From: Candidatus Nanopelagicales bacterium
Lineage (GTDB): Bacteria > Actinomycetota > Actinomycetes > S36-B12
Length of the DNA stretch: 64,000 nt
Reading direction: 5' to 3'
Assembly (NCBI GenBank): GCA_009694585.1
Contig: SHUQ01000001.1
Span: forward strand, 7,815-71,814
The position numbers were made by a program, and so were the translations under genes. The notes below the pieces were generated by a model. That model saw only the letters and a list, made by a program, of their open reading frames with translations, had not been told where the DNA came from and ran no database searches. Positions 55,044 to 63,420 of this stretch are shown piece after piece. The stretch's first letter is position 1, and each line of letters opens with the position of its first letter.

Positions 55044-55243
55044 GACGTCTCTCCATAGCGAGCGACCGGCGGCGCAGACAGCAGGAGCAGTGATTCCGGG
55101 AAGTCGTCTATGGCATCGAACATGCCGCGGAACGTGGCGTCGATTGCAGCGATCACTTCGGCTCGCTCGCCCGGAGGCAGATGTACTCCCGCCGACTCAG
55201 CAATCACCACAACCTCCTCGCTTGTGAACTCACGGGACGTCAT
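55040..55243 (-). CDS. 67-aa acidic protein, candidate AtzG/GatC-like amidase partner
   Basis: MTSREFTSEEVVVIAESAGVHLPPGERAEVIAAIDATFRGMFDAIDDFPE... Preceded by GGAAGGAG and translationally coupled to the amidase. Size and position match AtzG-type subunits. Homology not verified. Confidence 0.55.
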   Translation of the reverse strand: MTSREFTSEEVVVIAESAGVHLPPGERAEVIAAIDATFRGMFDAIDDFPESLLLLSAPPVARYGETS

Positions 55244-55255
55244 ATTTGCTCCTTC

Positions 55256-55945
55256 CTAGAGAACGAGATGTCTTTCGATTTGTTCCCGCGATGAGCCAGT
55301 GACCGGGCCCGCCTCGACAACCCGCCCGCTCGACATGACGATGAAGTCATGCGCAAGGGGAAGGGCGTAGTTCAAGTGCTGTTCCACAAGGAGGATGCTC
55401 AAGCCTCTGCTGCTCGCACGTCTGACCGCCTCTTGGAACATTCCGAGCAGGCCCGGCTGAACGCCCTCGACGATCTCGTCGAGAATCGCTACACGGGAGG
55501 CGTTCGCCAATGTTCGAACGGCAATGAGCATCTTCTGCTCACCGCCGCTGAGCGTCCCCGCCTTTTGTGTCATGCGCTCGCGAATCCGCGGAAAGCAGTT
55601 GAGCATCGCTTCCTCCTCTCTATTGTCACCGCCCTGTCGAGCCAATTTGAGGTTCGTTTCAACGGTCAGGTCCGAGAAAATCGAACGTTCCTGCGCGGCA
55701 TAGCCGACCCCCGCCCTGACGATCACATGGGTTCGCTTTCCGCTGATCGGTTCGCCATCAAGAAGCACTCGCCCACAAGAAAGCGGGAGATAGCCCATGA
55801 TCCCCCTCAAGAGCGTCGTCTTCCCGACTCCGTTCCGGCCGAAGATTGCCACGATCTGACCGGGCTCGACTGATAGCGAGACATCAGTAACCACCTGGGT
55901 GGTGCCATAGCCCGTGCCGAGATGCTCCACCTCCAGTCCCGTCAT
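55256..55945 (-). CDS. ABC transporter ATP-binding protein (LivF/UrtE-like)
   Basis: 229 aa. Walker A GRNGVGKTT, signature LSGGEQKM, Walker B ILDE. ATGA overlap with the upstream gene. Confidence 0.9.
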   Translation of the reverse strand: MTGLEVEHLGTGYGTTQVVTDVSLSVEPGQIVAIFGRNGVGKTTLLRGIMGYLPLSCGRVLLDGEPISGKRTHVIVRAGVGYAAQERSIFSDLTVETNLKLARQGGDNREEEAMLNCFPRIRERMTQKAGTLSGGEQKMLIAVRTLANASRVAILDEIVEGVQPGLLGMFQEAVRRASSRGLSILLVEQHLNYALPLAHDFIVMSSGRVVEAGPVTGSSREQIERHLVL

Positions 55946-57714
55946 CCTCCCTCCCCCAGGTAGAGGTCGCGAACCTTGCGATCCTCGCTTACCTCCGAGA
56001 CCGTGCCATCTGCAATGAGGGCTCCCTGATCGAGGACGAGAATGCGATCGGCAATGCTTCGCACGAAGTCGAAGTCATGTTCAACGATCAAAACCGCAGC
56101 ACCACTTCTCGCGAGGTAGACGAGCACCTGCCCGATAGCTGCGCGGTCAGCGGACTCCATTCCCGCCGTAGGTTCGTCGAGTAGGACGACCTGGGACTGC
56201 GAGCCGAGGACCATGCATACCTCGAGGAACTGCTTCTGCCCGTGAGCCAAACTGCCGGCGTCGTCATTGAGCCGTGCGAGTAGACCGTGCTGCCGCGCAA
56301 GCGACATGACATCTTCTGGGATCGGGAGGCATTGATCGCGAACCAGCCAATCCCTCATTCGCAACTTGGGGTCACGCGCTCCGATGAACAGGTTGTCAGC
56401 GACTGACAGGCTCTCGAACACACGCGGATTTTGAAACTTGCGCTTCACTCCAAGTCGCGCGACCTTCCAGATCGGTATCCCGAGCATCTCTTTGCCCACG
56501 AGGATCGCCTTGCCGTGCGCATCGGAGAGTGCTCCGCTCAGGAATGCGATCAGTGTCGACTTTCCTGCGCCATTCGGCCCGATCAAGGCAGTCACGTGGC
56601 CGAAGTCGAAGGACACTCGATCAACGTCGAGTGCAGTGAAGGAACCGAATCGCTGGATAAGCTTTTCGCCTACGAATGCCGGGCCCTCTGGGTGCGAAGA
56701 CGAGGCGACTGCGGGCTCGAGTTGCAGAGGCCTAGGCGCATTGAGTCTGGAACCAAGGACTCGGATCGGCCAATAGAGCCCGTCCGGCAGGAACATCACG
56801 ACGATGATGAAGATCAAAGCTAGAAGGATCTGCCAGTAGTCAAGGAAGATTCCACTCAACTCGTTGCTCACCATATTCACAAGCAGAGCACCAAATGCAG
56901 CTGCTGCCAGTGAGTTTCTCCCCCCGATGGCGCACCAGAGCACGATGAAAGTGGAGAACGCAAAGCCGATTCTGTCCGGAGCCGCGATCTGGGAATAGAG
57001 TGCGTCGAGCACGCCTGCGAAGGCCGTCACGATGGCACCGAGGACAAAAACCCTGCGCTGTACGAGTTCGGCGTTCGTTCCGAAGAACCGTATTCTCATC
57101 GAGTCGTCGCGCACGCTTGCAATAACGCGGCCAAGGTTGCTGCGCGTTATCACCGCCATGCCGAGCAGCAACATGGCGAACACCACAAAGCCGATGTAAT
57201 AGCTCAGCAGGGGATCCTTCGGAAGCACCCGATCTAACGGGATGCCATTTTGACCACCCGTTACGGACGTGAACTTCAACGCGAGTTGTTCAAACGCGAC
57301 CGCCGTGCAGAAGGTCATGACAGAAATCAGGAAAGCACCTGCCCGAACACCGAACGACACCCGAGCAAGGATCCATGCGAGCGCCCCGGCCGCCGCGCAG
57401 CCGATGAAGATGCCGGCAACGAGCCCTGGAGCTACAGGGTACGACTCGATCCCCTTGGCAGCGGCATACGCACCAAGCCCAAAGAATGCCGCCTGTCCAA
57501 GGGCCAAGATTCCGCAGTAGCCCCACACGAGTGCCAACGCGCTGGCCGCCATCGCGTACGGGAAATAGGAGGCCAGACTGGAGACTCTGTACGAGTCCAG
57601 CAGGAACGGACAGGCTGCCAAAATGATGAGCAGGCACACCGGATCGCGCCACCACGGCGAGTTGAGGATCGGTACTGCCGAAGCGAACGACCAACCGTTC
57701 AACGCGTTCTTCAC
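55942..57714 (-). CDS. Fused ABC permease (LivM/UrtC-like) and ATPase (LivG/UrtD-like)
   Basis: 590 aa. An N-terminal ~330-aa polytopic permease, then Walker A GPNGAGKST, signature-region LAHGQKQFLE, Walker B LLDEP. Confidence 0.9.
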   Translation of the reverse strand: MKNALNGWSFASAVPILNSPWWRDPVCLLIILAACPFLLDSYRVSSLASYFPYAMAASALALVWGYCGILALGQAAFFGLGAYAAAKGIESYPVAPGLVAGIFIGCAAAGALAWILARVSFGVRAGAFLISVMTFCTAVAFEQLALKFTSVTGGQNGIPLDRVLPKDPLLSYYIGFVVFAMLLLGMAVITRSNLGRVIASVRDDSMRIRFFGTNAELVQRRVFVLGAIVTAFAGVLDALYSQIAAPDRIGFAFSTFIVLWCAIGGRNSLAAAAFGALLVNMVSNELSGIFLDYWQILLALIFIIVVMFLPDGLYWPIRVLGSRLNAPRPLQLEPAVASSSHPEGPAFVGEKLIQRFGSFTALDVDRVSFDFGHVTALIGPNGAGKSTLIAFLSGALSDAHGKAILVGKEMLGIPIWKVARLGVKRKFQNPRVFESLSVADNLFIGARDPKLRMRDWLVRDQCLPIPEDVMSLARQHGLLARLNDDAGSLAHGQKQFLEVCMVLGSQSQVVLLDEPTAGMESADRAAIGQVLVYLARSGAAVLIVEHDFDFVRSIADRILVLDQGALIADGTVSEVSEDRKVRDLYLGEGG

Positions 57715-58538
57715 CGACCTGACCTACTATCCTTGATCTTCATGGCAATCATGGCAACGACGAGCACCGCGATACTTGCGGTCGTAGCATCCGCGATCGT
57801 GGCAAATATCCCGCCAGTTCCGCCCAGAAGTCCAGCAGCCGGACCAATACCCAGCAACGTTGGGCCAGCGAGAATCGTTGTGAGGAAGCCACCGACAAGG
57901 AAGTTTCCGCCCATGGTGGGAGCGATGGTGACCATGGGAGCAAGCAGTGCACCAGCGACACCTGCTAGGAGCCACCCTGTCCCGAAACTCAAGGCGTACA
58001 CTCGATCTACGTTAATCCCAATGCCCCGTGCAAGGTCGGGATCACTGATGACCGCCCGCACTGTTTTACCCAGCGACGTGAACCGCTCGATGACCCACAT
58101 TGCGGTGAGGAGCACAGCAGCAAAGGCGATGATGAAGAGTCGGTAGGCGCTGAAATCACTGCCGAGGATGCTCACTGGGGCATCGAAGGGGGCATCCAAC
58201 GAGCTGTACCCGGGGTCGAATGCACCGATGAGCTCACGGATAAGCAAGCCCAGCCCCCACGTCGCGAGGATGGTGTCGAGAATTCGTCGATAGAGCCGCC
58301 GGATGAGGAGTCGCTCGATTACCACGCCAAGGACACCAATACCGATCCCGGCCACAACAATGCCCAGCCAGAACGGCATCCAGTCCCTCGCGATGAGAGC
58401 GACGTAGGCACCAAGCATCATGGCTTCACCGTGTGCGAAGTTCACGACCTTCATGAGACCGAAGACGACAACAAGGCCAGCCGCCGAGAGGATCAGGACC
58501 GCGACCCCGAAGAAGGAATTGAGGATCGTGATAGTCAT
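57711..58538 (-). CDS. ABC permease (LivH/UrtB-like)
   Basis: ATG 58538 is preceded by GAGGGAGG. The 29-codon upstream extension in the track ORF is rejected. Polytopic, overlaps the next gene by 4 nt. Confidence 0.9.
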   Translation of the reverse strand: MTITILNSFFGVAVLILSAAGLVVVFGLMKVVNFAHGEAMMLGAYVALIARDWMPFWLGIVVAGIGIGVLGVVIERLLIRRLYRRILDTILATWGLGLLIRELIGAFDPGYSSLDAPFDAPVSILGSDFSAYRLFIIAFAAVLLTAMWVIERFTSLGKTVRAVISDPDLARGIGINVDRVYALSFGTGWLLAGVAGALLAPMVTIAPTMGGNFLVGGFLTTILAGPTLLGIGPAAGLLGGTGGIFATIADATTASIAVLVVAMIAMKIKDSRSGR

Positions 58539-58603
58539 CGCGGCACCTCCCTCGCAGGTCTTGGAACTGTGATCTCCGAGCGAGGTTCGGGTGGGTCGCT
58601 CAA
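58460..58603 (-). repeat. Inverted-repeat arm B (native permease start region)
   Basis: Identical to the reverse complement of 53008-53151. Spans 65 nt of the SBP-permease intergenic region plus the first 79 nt of the permease gene. Confidence 0.95.
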
Positions 58604-58653
58604 CTCGGCGTCCCACCCGAACCATCTCACTTCAGTCTTACGCGGTCAGTGCC

Positions 58654-59901
58654 TTAGAACGAGCACTGCTCCCCGGGTGATACATCCGGGAACGCCTTCA
58701 CGAGTGAGTACGTACCGGTTTCGTCAGCGACAAGGAGATGCATCGTGGCGGTTGCATGGTGCGTCTTCGCATCGATTGTGAGTGCTCCACGCGGAGAGTC
58801 AGGGAGTTGGATACCAGCCAGCGCCTTGATCAATGCAGATGCCTCGGTCGTGCCTGCTGCGTTGGCTGCCTTGGCGAGGGCCTGAATACCGTCGTAGGTC
58901 GCCTCAGTCAGCGTATTCTGAGAGAAGGCATCTGGATTCGCGGCCTTGTAGGCAGCAATCATCGCCTTGTTCGCCGGAGTATCAACCCCGGCAAAGTAGC
59001 CGAATCCGCCGTAAATGCCCGCTGCTGCTGCACCAAGCGCCTGAGCGTAGTCATCGGTCATCGTCAACGAAAGTTGCTTCGTTGACTTGTCCATGCCTGA
59101 TTGACGCCAGTTCTTCACGAACGCACCGAAATCACCACCGACGAGGCCCGTAACGATTGAGTCCGCGCCTGCGTCCTGCGCCTTCTTGAGGATTGCGCCG
59201 AAGTCCGAGGTACCGAACGGAACGAGCTCTTGACCCACGACCTTGCCGCCAGCAGACTCGATTGACTTCTGTGCCAGCGGGAACACCGTCTGCGGCCATA
59301 CATAGTCGTGACCGATGAAGAAAACCTTCTTGGCGCCGACATCCGTGACGAAGCTCTTGTAGATCGGGTCGTACTGCGCAGGAACCTCTCCGATGACGAA
59401 CATGTTTGGCAGACAGGCACCCCCCTCGTAAAGGGTCGTGTAGACAAAGGGAATCCCAGACTCTTCAACCTGACTGATGAAGCCCTCGCGAGTCGCGCTG
59501 TCCGTCATCGCGACAAGTGCGTTCACGCCATCCTGCTCTAGGAGCTTGCTCACAGCCTTGGCACCGGTCGTCGGATTAGATCCATCATCAGCAATGATGA
59601 TCTCAATCGGCTGACCATTGACACCCCCGAGATCGTTGATCTGCTTCATTGCAAGTTCGACAGTCGCCTGTACCGGCGGGCCATAGATTGCCGCAGGCCC
59701 AGTCAACGAGGTAACCACGCCTACTTTCAGTGGAGCCGATGGCGCCATTGACGCGGGCGCCATTGACGCGCTGGTAGCAGTCTCCGGTTGGCTCGCTGCT
59801 GTTGACGCCGACTCTGTTCCTGACGTACTTCCTGAGCTGCACGCTGCTAAGAGCATGCCCGCGGCGACCGTAGCAACCGCAAATGTGTTTCGCTTAAGCA
59901 T
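58654..59901 (-). CDS. Lipoprotein substrate-binding protein, AmiC/UrtA-like (amide/urea-binding branch of the Liv family)
   Basis: ATG 59901 after GGAGGA gives MLKRNTFAVATVAAGMLLAAC (lipobox). The core FVYTTLYEGGACLPNMF, FFIGHDYVWPQ, GVDTPANKAMI parallels AmiC motifs (YPTLYEGFE..PN, FIGSDYIYP, SIDTPASRAF) as I recall them. Confidence 0.8.
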   Translation of the reverse strand: MLKRNTFAVATVAAGMLLAACSSGSTSGTESASTAASQPETATSASMAPASMAPSAPLKVGVVTSLTGPAAIYGPPVQATVELAMKQINDLGGVNGQPIEIIIADDGSNPTTGAKAVSKLLEQDGVNALVAMTDSATREGFISQVEESGIPFVYTTLYEGGACLPNMFVIGEVPAQYDPIYKSFVTDVGAKKVFFIGHDYVWPQTVFPLAQKSIESAGGKVVGQELVPFGTSDFGAILKKAQDAGADSIVTGLVGGDFGAFVKNWRQSGMDKSTKQLSLTMTDDYAQALGAAAAGIYGGFGYFAGVDTPANKAMIAAYKAANPDAFSQNTLTEATYDGIQALAKAANAAGTTEASALIKALAGIQLPDSPRGALTIDAKTHHATATMHLLVADETGTYSLVKAFPDVSPGEQCSF

Positions 59902-59932
59902 GTAATTCCTCCAAGTGGAATAGGGTTGACAA

Positions 59933-59963
59933 AGTGTATGACTTCTCATATATTTCTGTCAAG
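59933..59963 (-). promoter_or_regulatory. Candidate promoter/operator (site 2 of the shared motif) for the transporter-amidase operon
   Basis: Minus strand: TTGACA, 18-nt AT-rich spacer with ATATATGA, then TACACT, ~30 nt upstream of the SBP ATG. Lies in the divergent region with the MarR gene. Palindrome CTGAGgcttCTCAG at 59971-59984. Confidence 0.45.
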
Positions 59964-60026
59964 GACTTTTCTGAGGCTTCTCAGGAGTTGAATTCATGCC
60001 AAGTACGCTAACGTTTTCCGAACACG

Positions 60027-60518
60027 ATGACCGGCAAACGGGGTTGGAGATCGGTTTCCATGGCCGAAGAAGCATTCGTCCCCGGATATCTCCTGTATCT
60101 GTTGACGGCGTCAAGTCAGGCCGCAAGCGGTCAATTCCACAGCTTCGTGAAGTCTCAGGGCCTTCGTGTTCCCGAGTGGCGAATACTTGCCTGCTTGCGG
60201 GACGCAGACGGTCAGATGATCACCGAGCTCTCGCGCAATGCACTGTTCGAGCAGTCCCATCTCACGAAGACCGTCAACCAGATGGAGGCACGAAGGCTCG
60301 TCACACGCAAGACAGACTCGCACGATCTGAGGCGCGTTCGAATTTGGCTCACGAGTCGTGGTCGCAAGCTGGCCGATCAACTGGTCACCGAAGCACGCGA
60401 GCACGAAGCGAAGCTTCTCGGCTCAATGTCAACATCGGATGCCCAGCGAATCAAGCCGGCACTGCGCTCACTTCTCGACCTGCTGAGCGAAGCCGACGTC
60501 GACATCGACATCGCATAG
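60027..60518 (+). CDS. MarR family transcriptional regulator
   Basis: 163 aa (or start at ATG 60060). Winged-helix core ITELSRNALFEQSHLTKTVNQMEARRLVTRKTDSHDLRRVRIWLTSRG. Confidence 0.85.
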   Translation: MTGKRGWRSVSMAEEAFVPGYLLYLLTASSQAASGQFHSFVKSQGLRVPEWRILACLRDADGQMITELSRNALFEQSHLTKTVNQMEARRLVTRKTDSHDLRRVRIWLTSRGRKLADQLVTEAREHEAKLLGSMSTSDAQRIKPALRSLLDLLSEADVDIDIA

Positions 60519-60567
60519 CGTCCACGAGCGGCCGAGGCATTAGCTGCGCCTGCCTCAAAGGTTTCGA

Positions 60568-61884
60568 ATGACTATGTGGGCGCCTCATGCTGAGGGAACG
60601 CCGTGGTCACACCTCGATGAACAGAACACAGCTGCATTGATTCGTCAACTGAGCTACGTCAACGAAAACTCAGCCTTCTACCGGGTGAAATGGCAAAAAG
60701 CCGGCATCGATGTGAAGTTGGTGCGGACGCTTGGAGATCTCCGCGAATTCCCCTTCACCGAGAAAGATGAACTCCGATTCGATCAGGTGACGAACGGTGG
60801 CCTTGGGTCTTATGCATGCGCAAGCCTTACCGAAACGATTCGAATTCACTCCTCGAGCGGCACAACCGGTCGCCCAAGTTTCATTGGCGTCACACGCGAA
60901 GACGCAGCGATCTGGACTGAGTCCCTGACACGAGTCTTCACCTGCATGGGCGTCACCGAAGACGACGTATTTCTTCATGCAACCGGACTCAGTTTCTTCG
61001 TAGGCGGACTCCCGGTCAAGGATGCCATTGAAGGGATCGGTGCGGCCTTCGTCCCGATCGGCACTGGAGCATCCGATCGACTCGTTCAGGCGAACGACGC
61101 GCTCGGCGGAACAGTCTTGTTCTGCACACCTTCATATGCGCGCTACTTAGCGGACTACATGCAACAGCGACTCGGGCGCGATGCGCGTTCACTCGGATTG
61201 CGGAGAGTCCTTCTTGGCGCTGAGCCAGGCGGCGGCGTGCGGGCAATCCGCGAGGGAATCGAAGCGGCCTTCGGATGCCACGTACGCGAGGCGTACGGCA
61301 ATAGCGATCTCCTGCCGGCATTCGCTGCGACGTGCGATGCTCAAGGCGGCAATCACCTGCTCACACCTGACCTGCTCTACCTAGAAGTGATCGACCCGGA
61401 CTCAGGCGAGGTCCTGCCATGGGAAACCGGAGTACAGGGTGAACTCGTCGGGACGAGCCTTCGACGGTGGTCCGCTCCCTTGGTTCGATTCCGGACACGC
61501 GATCACGTTGTCGTGAATACTCAGCCCTGCGAGTGCGGTCGATCCGGTCCGCGCATCCTGTGCGTCGGTCGCACCGACGACATGCTTATCGTCTCCGGCG
61601 TAAACATCTGGCCGAGCGCAATCGCCGACGTCGTGGAGACATTCGTTCCTAGAGTGACGGGCGCACTCCGTGTCATTGTCAACGGCTATGGACCAGCAGT
61701 ACCCCCGCCTCTCCATATTCGCGTTGAGCGCGCAGGAGACATTGACGAACAACTCGGGGACGAAATCGCCTTGGCGATCCGCGAACGACTTCAAGTCAAG
61801 GCGGCCATCGAACTCGTCCCGATGAACTCCATCCCCCGCTCGGAGATGAAGACCTCACTTATCGACAGGATTTTCCCATCATGA
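60568..61884 (+). CDS. PaaK-like adenylate-forming CoA ligase (phenylacetate-CoA ligase family)
   Basis: 438 aa. IHSSSGTTGRPSF, YGNSD and GRTDDMLIVSGVNIWP motifs. Substrate unknown. Confidence 0.85.
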   Translation: MTMWAPHAEGTPWSHLDEQNTAALIRQLSYVNENSAFYRVKWQKAGIDVKLVRTLGDLREFPFTEKDELRFDQVTNGGLGSYACASLTETIRIHSSSGTTGRPSFIGVTREDAAIWTESLTRVFTCMGVTEDDVFLHATGLSFFVGGLPVKDAIEGIGAAFVPIGTGASDRLVQANDALGGTVLFCTPSYARYLADYMQQRLGRDARSLGLRRVLLGAEPGGGVRAIREGIEAAFGCHVREAYGNSDLLPAFAATCDAQGGNHLLTPDLLYLEVIDPDSGEVLPWETGVQGELVGTSLRRWSAPLVRFRTRDHVVVNTQPCECGRSGPRILCVGRTDDMLIVSGVNIWPSAIADVVETFVPRVTGALRVIVNGYGPAVPPPLHIRVERAGDIDEQLGDEIALAIRERLQVKAAIELVPMNSIPRSEMKTSLIDRIFPS

Positions 61885-63059
61885 CTGGTCGAGCATTTCA
61901 TGAGACCTACATTGACCTTCGTGAATCATGGACCTCGCCATTCGTTCGGTGGCAGGGGGAACTTCAATCGGTGAACAGCCTTGATCTAGCCGCCATCGTC
62001 ACGGCGCGGGCCCTGGAACATCGTGCGATCGACCCGGCCGACTTTGACGAGGTCATCCTCGGCTGGACCGTGCCGCAGCGCCAGGGGTTCTACGGCGCTC
62101 CCACCCTCGCTGCACGTATTGGGGCGCCAACCACATCCGGCCCAATGATCTCCCAAGCGTGCGCGACGTCTGTCGCATGTCTCGTTGCCGCAGGTGCAAA
62201 CAATGAGAGTCGGGCTGCCCTGGTCGTCACAACTGACCGGACAAGTAATGGCCCGCTGCTTATCTATCCCCAACCCTCGGCTACGGGCGGTGCGCCCGAG
62301 CAGGAGACCTGGGTGCTCGACAACTTCGCGCGCGACCCGTGGGGCGGGTCATCCATGGCCGAGGCCGCTGATGCCGTCGCTCACGAAGAGGCGATCAGTC
62401 GCGAAGAGATCGACGACGTCACAATCCTCAGGCACGAGCAGTATGCCCTTGCGCTTGACGACGATCGAGCGTTCCATCGGCGCTACATGGTGGAGGCCGC
62501 ATTCACCGATCGCCGGGGAGATCACCGGGTGAGCGCTGACGCGGGAATCTACGCCCTCGATCCGGGGCGGACCCGCGCCTTGGTGGCTAGCGTTGATGGT
62601 GGCGTCGTCACCCGTGACACCCAGACTCACCCTGCGGACGGTTGCGCTGGCGTCGTCGTGCGGCATGGAGTTCCATCCCGGGGGCCGACGATTCGAATCC
62701 TCGCAGCGGGCTTCTCACGCGTTCAACGAGCACGGATGCCGAGGGCAGTGGTGCCTGCAGCGCTGTGTGCCTTGAGTGCGGCGGCGCTCAACATCCAAGA
62801 CATGAATCAAGTGAACACCCACAATCCATTTGCCGTCAGCGATGCGTACTTCAGTCGGGAAACGGGATTTTCATCCGAAGCCATGAACTGCTTCGGGTCG
62901 CCGCTCGTCTACGGCCATCCTCAAGCACCCACGGGCATGCGTGCTGTCATTGAACTGGCGCACTCATTGGCCCAACGAGGCGGTGGCCTCGGACTCTTCA
63001 CTGGATGCGCGGCTGGTGACACAGCGGGTGCACTCGTTATCGAGGTGACAGGCTCGTAG
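61881..63059 (+). CDS. Thiolase-like protein with atypical active-site motifs
   Basis: 392 aa. ATGA overlap with the ligase gene. Nucleophile Cys in ISQACATS. HNPFA replaces the usual NEAFA. GHPQAPTG, GCAAGDTAG. Confidence 0.75.
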   Translation: MTGRAFHETYIDLRESWTSPFVRWQGELQSVNSLDLAAIVTARALEHRAIDPADFDEVILGWTVPQRQGFYGAPTLAARIGAPTTSGPMISQACATSVACLVAAGANNESRAALVVTTDRTSNGPLLIYPQPSATGGAPEQETWVLDNFARDPWGGSSMAEAADAVAHEEAISREEIDDVTILRHEQYALALDDDRAFHRRYMVEAAFTDRRGDHRVSADAGIYALDPGRTRALVASVDGGVVTRDTQTHPADGCAGVVVRHGVPSRGPTIRILAAGFSRVQRARMPRAVVPAALCALSAAALNIQDMNQVNTHNPFAVSDAYFSRETGFSSEAMNCFGSPLVYGHPQAPTGMRAVIELAHSLAQRGGGLGLFTGCAAGDTAGALVIEVTGS

Positions 63060-63264
63060 ATCGAATGCGCGTTCACGTCGCCTGTGAGACCTTCACTCAG
63101 AACCCCATGACACGGCGTCTCGCCCAACTCGGTGCTTGGGCTGGTCAGGTCAAATGCAGATGTCCACCCGGGCCACCTATGAGCGCGGAGCCAGGTTCGA
63201 AGGGGATTCGGGCATGCGCTGGTGCAAGGCGGCTTAGGGTGCCCGGCTCAAGTGTAAAAGATTC

Positions 63265-63293
63265 TTGACATACATTTAGCATTCACCTACCTT
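63265..63293 (+). promoter_or_regulatory. Candidate promoter of the truncated HTH gene
   Basis: TTGACA (63265-63270), 17-nt spacer, TACCTT (63288-63293), only 3-6 nt before GTG/ATG 63297/63300 (near-leaderless). Confidence 0.35.
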
Positions 63294-63296
63294 GGC

Positions 63297-63420
63297 GTGA
63301 TGGAACTCGCGGAGTTGGGGGCCACGATTCGCCGCACCCGTCTCGCCAGCGGGATTAGCCAGGCGCAGATGGCACGCATGGTGGGCGTTTCACGAGCCAC
63401 GATCAACTACGCCGAGACGG
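63297..63420 (+). pseudogene. Truncated XRE/HipB-like helix-turn-helix gene (first ~41 codons only)
   Basis: [42 protein letters not shown] is a complete HTH. The frame then runs out-of-frame through nucS sequence (the 113-aa track ORF is chimeric). Confidence 0.6.

Noticed and set aside
57250-58146. 298-aa plus-strand ORF
   Set aside because: It lies entirely antisense to the two permease genes, has an Arg/Pro-rich composition typical of GC-rich antisense frames, and has no motif.
58539-58625. 29-codon N-terminal extension of the permease ORF in the track
   Set aside because: A strong GAGGGAGG RBS sits right before ATG 58538. The extension is hydrophilic and Arg-rich, and it lies in the intergenic part of the repeat.
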